From contig JAYODI010000018.1 of assembly GCA_038279365.1 (NCBI GenBank), positions 24,680 through 68,526 of the forward strand: a stretch of 43,847 bases of DNA. The letters run 5' to 3'. Numbering within the stretch: the stretch's first letter is position 1; every line of letters starts with the position of its first letter. Position numbers and translations under genes: made by a program. The notes under the pieces were generated by a model that had not been told where the DNA came from, did no database searches, and saw nothing but the letters and a program-made list of their open reading frames with translations. The DNA comes from Candidatus Latescibacterota bacterium. Its GTDB lineage: Bacteria > Latescibacterota > UBA2968. Shown one piece after another: positions 1 to 10,195 of the stretch.

Positions 1-271
1 TCGTAGGCACACCCTTGGTAAAACACAAATCTTTCACCGCAATCGGCACCCCATGAAGAGGCCCACGATATTGCCCCACAGCAATCTCAGCTTCGGCTTG
101 TTTGGCCGCTTCTAAAGCCTCATCAGCCATCACCGTTGCATAACTCTTGAACCGACCATCCAACCGTTCAATACGTGCCAACATCTCCTGCGTTATTTCT
201 ACAGGAGACACCCTTTTAGACTGAATCAACTCCGCAACTTGGGCAATCGTTTGAAAGTGCAATACAGGCAT
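1..271 (-). CDS. Amidase-signature family (GatA-like) protein, N-terminal part; runs off window edge
   Basis: Manual translation MPVLHFQTIAQVAELIQSKRVSPVEIT...YRGPLHGVPIAVKDLCFTKGVPT has the GPLHGVPIAVKD motif; AAGGAG RBS upstream. Confidence 0.9.
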   Translation of the reverse strand, partial: MPVLHFQTIAQVAELIQSKRVSPVEITQEMLARIERLDGRFKSYATVMADEALEAAKQAEAEIAVGQYRGPLHGVPIAVKDLCFTKGVPT

Positions 272-393
272 ACCATACTCCTTAAAAATATCTGCCCTTA
301 AAATAACATTGGCTATCAGTATAAATCTTTAAATCTTGTTGCTCAAGCACTATATTATAACCCTCAAACAAATCCATCTAAACAGATACTTTC

Positions 394-500
394 GATCAGT
401 GATTCAATAACTTTTGCATTCAGAGAAGAAGAAAGATGGAACAAGAGAAATTGTGATTGTTTTGCCTTCCTTTTGTCTTCTTCCTAGTGGATCACGATAT
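394..500. repeat. Dispersed intergenic element, copy 1 (purine-rich arm, then pyrimidine-rich arm)
   Basis: GATCAGTGATTCAATAACTT at 394-413 is the exact reverse complement of 11975-11994; followed by GAAGAAGAAAG...CTTCTTCC arms. Confidence 0.65.
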
Positions 501-535
501 TTAATCATCCGTCCTTAACATAATTGAGGTTCTGA

Positions 536-1936
536 ATGTCTCATCCCAATAAACAAATTGAAAAAGCCATGCTATCGGTTCAAGAAGCCGTGCCACAAGC
601 CAACCAAGACCCCTTCAGACCCGTCTTTCACTTTCGCCCCCCCGCCCGCTGGATGAACGACCCAAACGGCACCATGTTTCACAACGGCTATTACCACGTC
701 TTTTATCAGCACAACCCCTTTGGTGACATACACGGCCCCATGTATTGGGGCCACACGCGCAGCAAAGATCTCGCACACTGGGAGCATTTGCCCATTGGCC
801 TTTGGCCCTCACACGACCAAGGCGAAACAGACTGTTATTCGGGCTGTGCGTGGAAAAATGCCGATGGCACCCCCATACTCATTTACACCAAAGTAGACAA
901 AAGCCAAACACCTCATCCAGACTATGAACAATGGGCCGCCTTACCAAAAGATGACGACCTCATCCACTGGGAAAAACACCCTAAAAATCCCATCATGGAA
1001 AAACAGCCCGAGTTTGGTGCCCGTTGGCGAGACCCCTTCGTATTTACAGAAAATGGGCGCACATTCGCTGTTGTGGGTGCATGTGAAGTGGGCACGCCTC
1101 TTTATGAAGCCACCCGTCCAGATTTATTAGAATGGGCCTATCGCGGTCTGATGTGTGACATCAGCACCGAATGTCCCAACTTTTTTAAAATCAACGAAAA
1201 ATACATCCTGCTCTCATCGCCTTATCGCCCCGTCGAATATCACATCGGCACCTTTGACGCCAACACCCCCTCATTTGCCATACAATCCGAGGGTGTTTTA
1301 GACCACGGTGAGGTCAACGAAAATGGACGCATGAAAAACGGCTTTTACGCCAGCAACATCTGTTTCAACGAACGCAATCAGTGTATCCTCTTTGGTTGGG
1401 TACGTGGGTGGGAAGGCGGTCGAGGTTGGAATGGGTGCTTGGCCCTGCCACGCTTACTCACCATAGACCCCCAAAATCGCCCGCGTCAAATACCTATTCC
1501 TGCCCTACGCGAATTGCGTGACCAACACACACACATTTCAGAAACCGAAGTCACTCAGACACGCATTTTTTCCCACATACAAAGCGACACTTTTGAAATG
1601 CTCGCTGTCATAGAACCACATTCTGCAACAAAATATGGCGTAAGCATCCGGTGTGATCAAAATGGCAAAAACGGCATCCCCATCACCTACGACGGCACAA
1701 ACCTCGCTATTGCAAATGTCTCTTTTCCATTTGCATTTGACCCTGGTGAATCCGCCCTCTTTTTGCACATTTTCCACGACAAATCGGTGCTCGAAGTCTT
1801 TGCCAACGGCGGGCGAGCCGTATCGACCCAAGTGGTGATGCCCCCTCTGGAAAACCAACACGTTTCAGCAATCTCAGAAGGCGGATCGGCCCTTTTAAAA
1901 TCGGCAGATATCTGGACATTAAAATCCATTTGGTAG
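536..1936 (+). CDS. GH32 beta-fructofuranosidase / sucrose-6-phosphate hydrolase family
   Basis: WMNDPNG, WRDP and ECP catalytic motifs; C-terminal D-x-S-x-x-E-x-F beta-sandwich motif. Confidence 0.93.
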   Translation: MSHPNKQIEKAMLSVQEAVPQANQDPFRPVFHFRPPARWMNDPNGTMFHNGYYHVFYQHNPFGDIHGPMYWGHTRSKDLAHWEHLPIGLWPSHDQGETDCYSGCAWKNADGTPILIYTKVDKSQTPHPDYEQWAALPKDDDLIHWEKHPKNPIMEKQPEFGARWRDPFVFTENGRTFAVVGACEVGTPLYEATRPDLLEWAYRGLMCDISTECPNFFKINEKYILLSSPYRPVEYHIGTFDANTPSFAIQSEGVLDHGEVNENGRMKNGFYASNICFNERNQCILFGWVRGWEGGRGWNGCLALPRLLTIDPQNRPRQIPIPALRELRDQHTHISETEVTQTRIFSHIQSDTFEMLAVIEPHSATKYGVSIRCDQNGKNGIPITYDGTNLAIANVSFPFAFDPGESALFLHIFHDKSVLEVFANGGRAVSTQVVMPPLENQHVSAISEGGSALLKSADIWTLKSIW

Positions 1937-2074
1937 AACCATCAATAACGGAAAAAATTGTGCAATCTCATCAATCACGCCGAAATAAATTTCAGCGCAA
2001 TGTATGAAAAGTCCTGCAGACTGAGAGTCCACACAATCAAGCACAGACAACAAACCCTTAAACGAAAAATAACC

Positions 2075-4147
2075 ATGCCCAATAACCCATGGATAGAAAT
2101 CGCATCAGGCATTTGGAAATGCGCAATTGGAGAACCAACATTCACCAGTTTTACAGCCGCACAAGCCCAGCCCAAAACAGATGCTATTGACAAGCTACCC
2201 GCCGTTCAAAACCCACTCAACACAGAAAACATTCACATCCACACACAGCCCAATGGCATCACCGTTCGATTACCCCTTCTGCCCCAAGAACAACTCTATG
2301 GACTTGGTCTTCAGTTCAAAAAAATCAATCAACGAAACGGCGTCTTTCATTTACAAGTAGATCACTATGGTGGAAAAGACACGGGGCGAACCCATGCACC
2401 CGTGCCCTTCTATATATCCAGCAATGGATATGGTGTTTGGGTTAACACCGCAAGCGACCCAACATTTTATATGGGCAGCAGCAACCGCAAAGACAGCCCC
2501 AACCCACCCCCAGCCAAAGACCGCACCACAGATCGCACGTGGTCGGCACATCCCACATCCGATGCCGTTGAAATCTTCATACCCGATACACAGGCCGAAA
2601 TTTTCATCTTTGGTGGCCCCACGCCTTTAGACGCTGTGCGTCGTTACAACCTTTATTGTGGCGGAGGTTGCCTCCCTCCACGTTGGGGCCTCGGATTTTG
2701 GCACCGCATTCCCACCCCCTATACAGATCAACAAGCCCAAAAAGAAGTGGATGAATTTGCACAACGCAACTTTCCCATTCACATACTTGGCCTTGAACCC
2801 GGTTGGCAAAATAAAGCCTACCCGTGTTCCTACGAATGGAGTGAAGTCCGCTTTCCTAACCCAACCCAATTTGTGCAAAACATGGCACAAAAAAACATAC
2901 GCATCAACCTCTGGGAAAACCCTTATGTCGCACCCGACACGCCACTCTACAAAGCCCTCCATCCACATTCAGGATCACACACCGTTTGGTGTGGTATTGT
3001 GCCCGATTACACACTGGCCAACGCACAAAAAATACTCGCAGACCAACACGAAAAAACCCATGTGGCCATAGGCGTTAGTGGTTACAAAATAGATGAGTGT
3101 GACGGATATGACCGATGGTTGTGGCCCAACCACGCCACCTTTCCATCGGGCCACAGTGGCATACACATGCGCCAAACATATGGCCTGCAACTCCAACACC
3201 TCACCACAAGCATTTTTCGCAAAAACAACACACGCACCTATGGCCTTGTGCGCGCCAGCAATGCAGGTGGCCAATCATTGCCCTACGTCATTTACAACGA
3301 CTACTACGACCACAAAGATTACATCACCGCACTGTGCAACAGCGGGTTCTCAGGCCTCTTGTGGTGCCCCGAAATACGCAAAGCCAAATCTGCAAAAGAT
3401 TGGGTGCGCCGCATGCAAACTGCGTGTTTTTCACCTCTCATGCAACTCAATGCCTGGGCAGATGGCACCAAACCTTGGTCTTACCCCGAAGTCGAAAACA
3501 CCATTCGCAACATCATCCAATGGCGTATTCGTCTCACACCTTATCTCTACTCGGCTTTTGCACGTTATCACACAGACGGCACCCCGCCCTTTCGTGCAAT
3601 GGCCTTAGAGTCCGCCAGTCAAACAGCCACACCCGAACAACAAGGCCTCCTTGATGCAACCGACAACCCCTATGCCATTCCCAAATCGGCAGAAACCAAA
3701 GATCAATATATGATGGGGGATACCCTTATGGTTGCGCCACTTTTTGACGATGAAACCGAGCGCAAAGTCATTCTTCCCCAAGGCAATTGGTATGACTTTT
3801 ACACCGGCCAATATGTGGGCAACGGCGAAACAATTACCACATCGCCACCACTTGAAATCATTCCGCTCTACGTCAAAGAAGGCGGCATCATTCCACTCTT
3901 ACCCGAAAACACAAACCTACACAAAAACCCAACCACCCTCGACATTCGTCACTACGGCCAAGCAAATGGTCACTTTTTACTCTACAACGACGATGGCATC
4001 ACTTACAATTATGAACACGGTGATTACACCGTTCAAGCATTGCATGTCAACACATCAAACCAACCCCCAACAGGCACAACAACACACCACGCAGGCAACA
4101 CAAAATGGTTGTGCAAAAACCTCAACTGGATATTTATGAACCTATGA
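2075..4147 (+). CDS. GH31 alpha-glycosidase (alpha-xylosidase/glucosidase-like)
   Basis: YGLG, PFYISS, LPPRWGLGFW, RFPNP, YKIDE nucleophile, QYMMGD-LMVAP, IPLYVKEG; ATG at 2075 preferred over TTG at 1958. Confidence 0.88.
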   Translation: MPNNPWIEIASGIWKCAIGEPTFTSFTAAQAQPKTDAIDKLPAVQNPLNTENIHIHTQPNGITVRLPLLPQEQLYGLGLQFKKINQRNGVFHLQVDHYGGKDTGRTHAPVPFYISSNGYGVWVNTASDPTFYMGSSNRKDSPNPPPAKDRTTDRTWSAHPTSDAVEIFIPDTQAEIFIFGGPTPLDAVRRYNLYCGGGCLPPRWGLGFWHRIPTPYTDQQAQKEVDEFAQRNFPIHILGLEPGWQNKAYPCSYEWSEVRFPNPTQFVQNMAQKNIRINLWENPYVAPDTPLYKALHPHSGSHTVWCGIVPDYTLANAQKILADQHEKTHVAIGVSGYKIDECDGYDRWLWPNHATFPSGHSGIHMRQTYGLQLQHLTTSIFRKNNTRTYGLVRASNAGGQSLPYVIYNDYYDHKDYITALCNSGFSGLLWCPEIRKAKSAKDWVRRMQTACFSPLMQLNAWADGTKPWSYPEVENTIRNIIQWRIRLTPYLYSAFARYHTDGTPPFRAMALESASQTATPEQQGLLDATDNPYAIPKSAETKDQYMMGDTLMVAPLFDDETERKVILPQGNWYDFYTGQYVGNGETITTSPPLEIIPLYVKEGGIIPLLPENTNLHKNPTTLDIRHYGQANGHFLLYNDDGITYNYEHGDYTVQALHVNTSNQPPTGTTTHHAGNTKWLCKNLNWIFMNL

Positions 4148-4680
4148 AAACACCTCAAAAAAAGATTCGTGCGATCTGTCTCGACTGTGGCGACACCCTT
4201 GCCGACGAACGCACAGAAATCAAAGACCCCAATGGCGTCACACAAACAGCCGACCTTATTCCTGGTGCGGCAGACATGGTGCGTGCCATCAAAAAACTCG
4301 GCTACCCCCTTGCCCTCGTGGCCGATGGCCCCACTGGCACTTTTCAAAACATCCTCACCCAACACCAACTCTACACCTGCTTTGACGTCTTTGCCATATC
4401 AGAGCAAGTGGGTGTGCTCAAACCCGATGCCAAAATGTTTACCACCGCACTGGATCAACTCGGCATTGCCAAAAAAGACTATGCACGTGTTATCATGGTG
4501 GGCAACAACCTCGAACGCGACATCAAAGGCGCCAATGCCTTAGGGCTCATCAGTGTCTTTTTAAGTTGGTCCAACAAACGCACACACATTCCAGCAGATG
4601 AAACAGAAATCCCCCAACACACCATTCAAACACCCATCGAATTGCTCTCACTCATTGACAAATTGGAAGCACAAACCTAA
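4144..4680 (+). CDS. HAD-superfamily hydrolase
   Basis: DCGDTL motif I variant, KP motif, MVGNNLERDIKGA motif IV; ATGA overlap with GH31 stop. Confidence 0.85.
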   Translation: MKTPQKKIRAICLDCGDTLADERTEIKDPNGVTQTADLIPGAADMVRAIKKLGYPLALVADGPTGTFQNILTQHQLYTCFDVFAISEQVGVLKPDAKMFTTALDQLGIAKKDYARVIMVGNNLERDIKGANALGLISVFLSWSNKRTHIPADETEIPQHTIQTPIELLSLIDKLEAQT

Positions 4681-4727
4681 CGTTACGCGTTGGCCTCACA
4701 TTCGCAATCTATAAAAAGGACCCATTC

Positions 4728-5441
4728 ATGATCGAAATTGTCTGCCACCGTGGCGCAAACGAATATGCCCCCGAAAACACCTATCCTGCCGCACAAAAGT
4801 GCATTGAATGGGGTGTTGATTATGTCGAAATAGACGTCAACACCAGCAAAGACAATGTCATGTATGTCTTTCACGGACCCGATCTCGAACGCACCACCAA
4901 TGGCGTGGGTATGTTACCCGACTTACCATCCACACACATCGACACCCTCGATTGTGGCAGTTGGTTCTCGCCCGACTTCAAAGACGAGCGCATCCCACAT
5001 GTAGATGCTTTCTTGCGCTGGGTCAAAGGCCAAGCCAAGGTTTATTTCGATGTCAAACGTGCAGACCACCAACAACTCATCGACCTCGTTTACGAAGTGG
5101 GCCTCGAAAAAGACTGTTTTTTTTGGTCCCACAGCAACGAATGGTCTGCCGAACTTAAACAACGCGCCCCCGAATTACCCGTCAAATTTAATACCCGAAA
5201 CATCGAAGACCTAAAACGGGTGCATGAACAATACAACACCGACATTGTTGAAATTGGTCTCAACAACATGACCGATGAATTCAAAAACATGTGCCAAGAA
5301 CTCGGCATCAAAATCATGATTTACCACCAACAAAAAGACCCCGAGGCCTTTCGTAAAATCATTCAATGGGATGTCGAAATGCTCAACCTCAACCATGCCG
5401 ATGCCTTTATCAAAGTGGCGCGTGAAATGGGCGTTCGGTAA
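4728..5441 (+). CDS. Glycerophosphodiester phosphodiesterase (GDPD) family
   Basis: HRGA...PENT, EIDV..SKD, FHG..LERTTNG. Confidence 0.9.
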   Translation: MIEIVCHRGANEYAPENTYPAAQKCIEWGVDYVEIDVNTSKDNVMYVFHGPDLERTTNGVGMLPDLPSTHIDTLDCGSWFSPDFKDERIPHVDAFLRWVKGQAKVYFDVKRADHQQLIDLVYEVGLEKDCFFWSHSNEWSAELKQRAPELPVKFNTRNIEDLKRVHEQYNTDIVEIGLNNMTDEFKNMCQELGIKIMIYHQQKDPEAFRKIIQWDVEMLNLNHADAFIKVAREMGVR

Positions 5442-5448
5442 AAACTGC

Positions 5449-5605
5449 CGAATAGACGAATAGACGAATAGGCGAATGGACGACAAACCTTGATTCATTG
5501 ATGACTCGCTACACTCGTTGTAGCCTGCGGCTGTGCGTCAATTCGTCAATTCGTTGATTCGTCAATCCGGCAATCCGTTGATCCCCCGTTTCACAGTTTC
5601 GCATT
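5449..5605. repeat. 8-mer modular inverted-repeat element (CGAATAGA arm / CAATTCGT-TTGATTCG arm)
   Basis: About four CGAATRGR units at 5449-5482; complementary CAATTCGT/TTGATTCG units at 5539-5582; CAGTTTCG at the end. Confidence 0.75.
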
Positions 5606-5621
5606 CCTCAAAGGATCACAG

Positions 5622-5984
5622 ATGCCCCAAACATCAACCGAACACCCCTTTATCATCGCCAACTTTGCCAACATACCCGGCGTACCGTGCCCATGTGGCA
5701 GTGCCCAACGCGCATTTGCCGAATCAAACACCTGTACCCTCCACACCGTTACCATCAGCAAAGACGCTCAAACCCACTACCACAAAAACCATACCGAAGT
5801 CTATTATTTTCTCGAAGGCACAGGCCAAATGGAGCTCAATGGTGAATTGTACCCCGTTCACCCCGGCATGACCATCTTCATTCCACCCGGAGTAAGACAT
5901 CGTGCTGTTGTAGAAAACGAACCCATGAAAATCCTCAATTTTGTCATGCCCCCATTCGATCCAGAAGACGAATATTTCGATTAA
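5622..5984 (+). CDS. Cupin domain protein
   Basis: HYHKNHTEVYYFLEGTG and IPPGVRH metal-binding motifs; AAGGA RBS. Confidence 0.9.
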   Translation: MPQTSTEHPFIIANFANIPGVPCPCGSAQRAFAESNTCTLHTVTISKDAQTHYHKNHTEVYYFLEGTGQMELNGELYPVHPGMTIFIPPGVRHRAVVENEPMKILNFVMPPFDPEDEYFD

Positions 5985-6015
5985 AATACGCACCTCATTT
6001 TGAAGGACCTTAGGT

Positions 6016-6852
6016 TTGAACCACAGCACAAACACATTAAACACATCGGGAAACATCACACTCTTCACACAATCTTGGGTACCCGATACACCGCCCAAAG
6101 CCATTGTCGTCATCCAACACGGTTTTTGCGAACACAGCGGGCGATATCAGCATGTGGCCGAATATCTTGTCTCCAAAGGATATGCCGTCTATGCCAGTGA
6201 CCTGCGCGGTCACGGCCAATCACAAGGCAAGCGCATCTACGTGGATCTTTTTGAAAGTTACGTTGAAGACTTCACCCGATTCGTGTATTGGGTTCAACAC
6301 AAAAACCCCAACAAGCCCACATTTGTACTGGCACACAGCTTAGGGGGCACCATCGCAGCCCTGTGGGCCATTCAAAACCCACCCGATGTAACAGGCATCA
6401 TCCTGAGCGGTGCCGCAATCAAAATCAGCGCAAAAATTCCCAAAATACTGCTCATATTATCCAACCTCCTCAGCAAATATCTGCCACGCCTGCCCACAAT
6501 CCAATTCAACAACCCCCAGGCGCTTTCCCGTGACGCACATATATCCACACACCACACCCAAGACCCCTACATCTACCGTGGTCGCATCCCTGCAAGAACG
6601 GGTGCCGAACTGCTCAAAGGTGCCCATCTGGCACAGCAAAATTTAGAAAAAATCACACGCCCAGTTCTCATTCTTCACGGCACACAAGACACCATCACAG
6701 ATCCACAAGGCAGCCAAGACCTACAAAATCGTGCACAGTCACAAGACAAAACATTGATATGTTACGAAAACCTACGCCATGAAATCCTGAATGAACCCGA
6801 AAGAAATCGCGTATTAAACGACATAGAAACGTGGATGGCGCAACGGATATAG
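6016..6852 (+). CDS. Alpha/beta hydrolase, monoacylglycerol lipase/lysophospholipase family
   Basis: HGFCEHSGRY, DLRGHGQS, AHSLGG nucleophile elbow, HGTQD, HEILNE. Confidence 0.9.
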   Translation: MNHSTNTLNTSGNITLFTQSWVPDTPPKAIVVIQHGFCEHSGRYQHVAEYLVSKGYAVYASDLRGHGQSQGKRIYVDLFESYVEDFTRFVYWVQHKNPNKPTFVLAHSLGGTIAALWAIQNPPDVTGIILSGAAIKISAKIPKILLILSNLLSKYLPRLPTIQFNNPQALSRDAHISTHHTQDPYIYRGRIPARTGAELLKGAHLAQQNLEKITRPVLILHGTQDTITDPQGSQDLQNRAQSQDKTLICYENLRHEILNEPERNRVLNDIETWMAQRI

Positions 6853-6955
6853 CAAAAACCTTTATCCTATGTCTAAAATGTGTATATTTACACATCTCGT
6901 CCCATACAGATAAAAACGCCAAAACAAACACCCTTAACCCAAGCCCATACTTCTT

Positions 6956-8323
6956 ATGACCTACGACTACGACGTAATTGTAATTGGCTCAGGCCCTGGC
7001 GGCGAAGGTGCCGCTATGAAATCGGTGAAAGAAGACAAGCGCGTAGCGGTTGTCGAAAACTTTGATTCAGTTGGGGGCAATTGTACACACAAAGGCACCA
7101 TTCCCAGCAAAGCGCTCAGACAATACGTGCAACAACTCATCGACATCAACGACTACCGCAATGCCAGTTTTCCCGATATGCTAAAACGTGCAGAACGGGT
7201 GATCAGCGATCAGGTAGATTTGCGCGCAAGCAATTACGAACGCAACGGTGTTGACATTCACAATGGACGCGCATCCTTCATCGACGAACACACCATAGAA
7301 GTCTCACACCTCAACGGTGGCCGCGAGCGTTATACCGCCGCCGGATTTATTGTTGCCACAGGTTCAAGACCTTATCACCCACCCGATGTCGATTTTTCAA
7401 ACCCGCGCATACTCGACAGCGATACGGTGCTCAGTCTTACTCAAAATCCACGCAGCATCACCATTTATGGTGCAGGTGTTATCGGTTGTGAATATGCCTC
7501 CATCTTTCGTGGCATGCGCATCAAAGTCAACCTCATCAACACACGCGACCAACTCCTCTCTTTTCTCGACGATGGCATCATCGACGCCCTCAGTTATCAC
7601 CTCAGCCAAAACGGCGTGCTCATTCGCCACAATGAAGAATATGAGCGCGTAGAAGCCAATGACAAAGAAGTGCGCGTTCATTTTAAATCAAACAAACAAA
7701 TTGTAAGCGATGTGCTCCTATGGGCGCAAGGGCGTACAGGCAACTCAGACAATATGGGCCTTGAAAACATTGGCATAGAAACCAATGAACGCGGCTCCAT
7801 TGTCACCAATGAAAACTATCAAACAGCACAACCACACATTTATGCAGTAGGCGATGTGGTGGGCTTTCCAAGCCTGGCCAGTGCCGCTTATGACCAAGGG
7901 CGTTTTGCGGCCACGCATTTTGTCTTTGGCGAATGTGAAACGCGACTGGTCGAAAACATACCCACTGGCATTTATACCATTCCCGAAATCAGTTCCATTG
8001 GCCTTACAGAAAAAGAACTCACCACCCAAAAGGTACCTTACGAAGTAGGCCACGCATTCTTTCGCCACCTTGCCCGTGCCCAAATGTCTGGACGCACCAC
8101 AGGTATGCTCAAAATTCTTTTTCATAGAGAATCACTCGAAATATTGGGCATTCACTGTTTTGGATCACGCGCCTCCGAAATCATTCACATTGGTCAAGCC
8201 ATTATGGCCCAAAAGGGCGAAGCCAATACTTTGATGTATTTCATCAACACCACATTCAATTATCCGACAATGGCCGAAGCCTATCGCGTAGCCGCCCTCA
8301 ATGGCCTCAATCGCGTACGGTAA
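6956..8323 (+). CDS. sthA: Soluble pyridine nucleotide transhydrogenase
   Basis: [24 protein letters not shown] (CxxxxT), [21 protein letters not shown]-terminus, as in SthA/UdhA. Confidence 0.93.
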   Translation: MTYDYDVIVIGSGPGGEGAAMKSVKEDKRVAVVENFDSVGGNCTHKGTIPSKALRQYVQQLIDINDYRNASFPDMLKRAERVISDQVDLRASNYERNGVDIHNGRASFIDEHTIEVSHLNGGRERYTAAGFIVATGSRPYHPPDVDFSNPRILDSDTVLSLTQNPRSITIYGAGVIGCEYASIFRGMRIKVNLINTRDQLLSFLDDGIIDALSYHLSQNGVLIRHNEEYERVEANDKEVRVHFKSNKQIVSDVLLWAQGRTGNSDNMGLENIGIETNERGSIVTNENYQTAQPHIYAVGDVVGFPSLASAAYDQGRFAATHFVFGECETRLVENIPTGIYTIPEISSIGLTEKELTTQKVPYEVGHAFFRHLARAQMSGRTTGMLKILFHRESLEILGIHCFGSRASEIIHIGQAIMAQKGEANTLMYFINTTFNYPTMAEAYRVAALNGLNRVR

Positions 8324-8332
8324 AACCAAAGG

Positions 8333-8534
8333 CCGAATCAACGAAACTGCGAATCAACGAAAAGGTTTGGTCTATTCGTCCATTCGTCTATTCGTCTATT
8401 CGTCTATTCGTCCATTCGTCTATTCGTCTATTCGTCCATTCGTCCATTCGTCCATTCGTCTATTCGTCCATTCGTCCATTCGTCTATTCGTCCATTCGTC
8501 CATTCCTCTCGAAGTTTCGCCAATCCGTTGATTC
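8333..8534. repeat. 8-mer tandem repeat element: 16 x YATTCGTC flanked by CGAATCAA/CGAAACTG modules
   Basis: 16 consecutive TATTCGTC/CATTCGTC units at 8373-8500; GAATCAACG on the left is complementary to CGTTGATTC on the right. Confidence 0.95.
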
Positions 8535-8674
8535 CCAATTTGCCAAAAAACCCCGTATCCCATATATTGTATGATCCCAATACCCCCATTAATTCATATT
8601 CATGTGTGATTGTTGCTTAAGGTCGAATGCAGGGGGATTTCGACACACAATCCAAGACTTAAAGGGAGTTTATC

Positions 8675-9073
8675 ATGGCAGACCAGTTGCCCCTTGATCA
8701 AATTCAAGTCGATCAAGACAACTTATACCGCGAAGAAGCCATCACCGACCTTCGCGTGGCATCCATCCGCCAACTCATCCCCATCAAAGTTGATGGCAGC
8801 GATGACCCCAGCCGTGAAACAATGTATATTGCCTCAACACAAATCATGTCACAAATGGGTCCATTGCCTGTTTCAGCTCCCATTGAAGCAAGCAATCTCC
8901 AAGAAGCCCTAAACCAATTTCCGCAGGCAATTAAAGACGCCGTAGATAGAATGATTGAAGAGGCCAAAGAACACCGTCGCCAAGAAGCATCGCGCATTGT
9001 GGTGCCTGGCCAAGGAGGGATGCCTCCAGGTGGATTGGGTGGTCCACCAGGTGGTGGCATCATCTCCGGGTAA
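8675..9073 (+). CDS. Hypothetical cytoplasmic protein with Gly/Pro-rich tail
   Basis: AAGGGAG RBS, plausible codon usage, followed by a terminator; no function recognised. Confidence 0.8.
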   Translation: MADQLPLDQIQVDQDNLYREEAITDLRVASIRQLIPIKVDGSDDPSRETMYIASTQIMSQMGPLPVSAPIEASNLQEALNQFPQAIKDAVDRMIEEAKEHRRQEASRIVVPGQGGMPPGGLGGPPGGGIISG

Positions 9074-9085
9074 AAAATCTAAACA

Positions 9086-9130
9086 CAATAAAAAAAACCG
9101 CGAAGACGATGTCCTCGCGGTTTTTTATTG
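9086..9130. terminator. Intrinsic terminator (A- and T-tract flanks, possibly bidirectional)
   Basis: CAATAAAAAAAACCGCGAAGAC...GTCCTCGCGGTTTTTTATTG. Confidence 0.85.
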
Positions 9131-9421
9131 CGCCAAGCCAATTTTTCAAAACAGATCGCATCGATTGATTACTGAAAACATTTTTTATTAAATTCCTCCA
9201 AAGCATAGGCATAACAAAACAACATATTCCTCAAAAAACACCCAACCAGCCTGTATTTATCGCCTTATACTCGGCCAAATACAGTTCCTTGTTCATGGAA
9301 CCACACACATAACCACGTCGAATCAGCCAAAAAATCTTGGCAAAACCCTTCATATTTTTTGCCAAAATCTTGGGATGCCCTCCCCAAACGCCAAACACAT
9401 CCCCCTCGACCTTCGGTTTTA

Positions 9422-9450
9422 TTGACAACAATAAAAAAAACCACTACATT
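9422..9450 (+). promoter_or_regulatory. Putative sigma70 promoter
   Basis: TTGACA-N17-TACATT upstream of the 9493 ATG. Confidence 0.55.
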
Positions 9451-9492
9451 AGCCCCGTTCGGTTTGACATCCACCAAGAACTGGAGAACACC

Positions 9493-10059
9493 ATGCCCGA
9501 AGAACGATCCAAACTCAAACTCTACAGCGGCGGCCACAAAGGTGCTGAAGCCGAATTTGGAGAACAGGCAGAAAAGTGGAACATTCCTGAGATCAACATC
9601 TCCTTTGATGGCCACCAAATGGCCCGCGACAAAAACGCCAAAGTGTTGAGTGTAGAAGAACTCACCAAAGGCGATCTCAGCATGGAAATTATTTCTCAAA
9701 AAATGGGCCGCAGTTATGCCCGTCCAGACAAAATTCGCCGTGTCATTCAGTCCATATACCATATGGTCACCAACAGCTACCACATCTTTGCAGTCGGTTG
9801 GATTCAACCCGACGACACCGTTAAAGGTGGCACAGGTTGGGGAGTCGAATTGGCAAAAATGTTTAATCGCGATGTCAGTGTCTACGACCAAGACCGCGAT
9901 GGCTGGTTCACTTGGCGCGAAGGCAAATGGAACCCCGATTCGCCCATGATCCCGCATCGCCCCTTTACAGGCACAGGCACACGCAACCTCACCGAAGCAG
10001 GTAAAGTTGCCATTCAAGATCTTTTTCAAAGGTCATTTGGCGATCCCCCAAAGGCCTAA
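9493..10059 (+). CDS. Hypothetical protein, SLOG/DprA-like Rossmannoid fold candidate
   Basis: GGAGAA RBS; SGGHKGAE glycine loop and KGGTGWGV motif. Confidence 0.7.
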   Translation: MPEERSKLKLYSGGHKGAEAEFGEQAEKWNIPEINISFDGHQMARDKNAKVLSVEELTKGDLSMEIISQKMGRSYARPDKIRRVIQSIYHMVTNSYHIFAVGWIQPDDTVKGGTGWGVELAKMFNRDVSVYDQDRDGWFTWREGKWNPDSPMIPHRPFTGTGTRNLTEAGKVAIQDLFQRSFGDPPKA

Positions 10060-10072
10060 TAGATCCTCTTTT

Positions 10073-10107
10073 AAAAGCCGTAATCCGCAGCGATTACGGC
10101 TTTTTTT
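10073..10107 (+). terminator. Intrinsic terminator
   Basis: AAAAGCCGTAATC-loop-GATTACGGCTTTTTTT. Confidence 0.85.
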
Positions 10108-10195
10108 CTTATCTTGATTCAAAACCCGCAATCGCTTATCTTGATAAGCCAATCTTGACTCCCCCAATTGTGTTTCACATACGTTTAGGTTTGTT

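Noticed and set aside
8373-8500. Possible CRISPR array, or the 76-aa ORF 8301..8531
   Set aside because: Contiguous 8-nt units with no spacers and no cas genes; the ORF is only the translated repeat
8603-8652. Possible structured 5' leader (GATTGT/ACAATC, GTCGAA/TTCGAC)
   Set aside because: Stems are short and match no RNA family I recognise
9265-10029. 254-aa minus-strand ORF
   Set aside because: Antisense shadow of 9493..10059, which has a promoter, RBS and terminator
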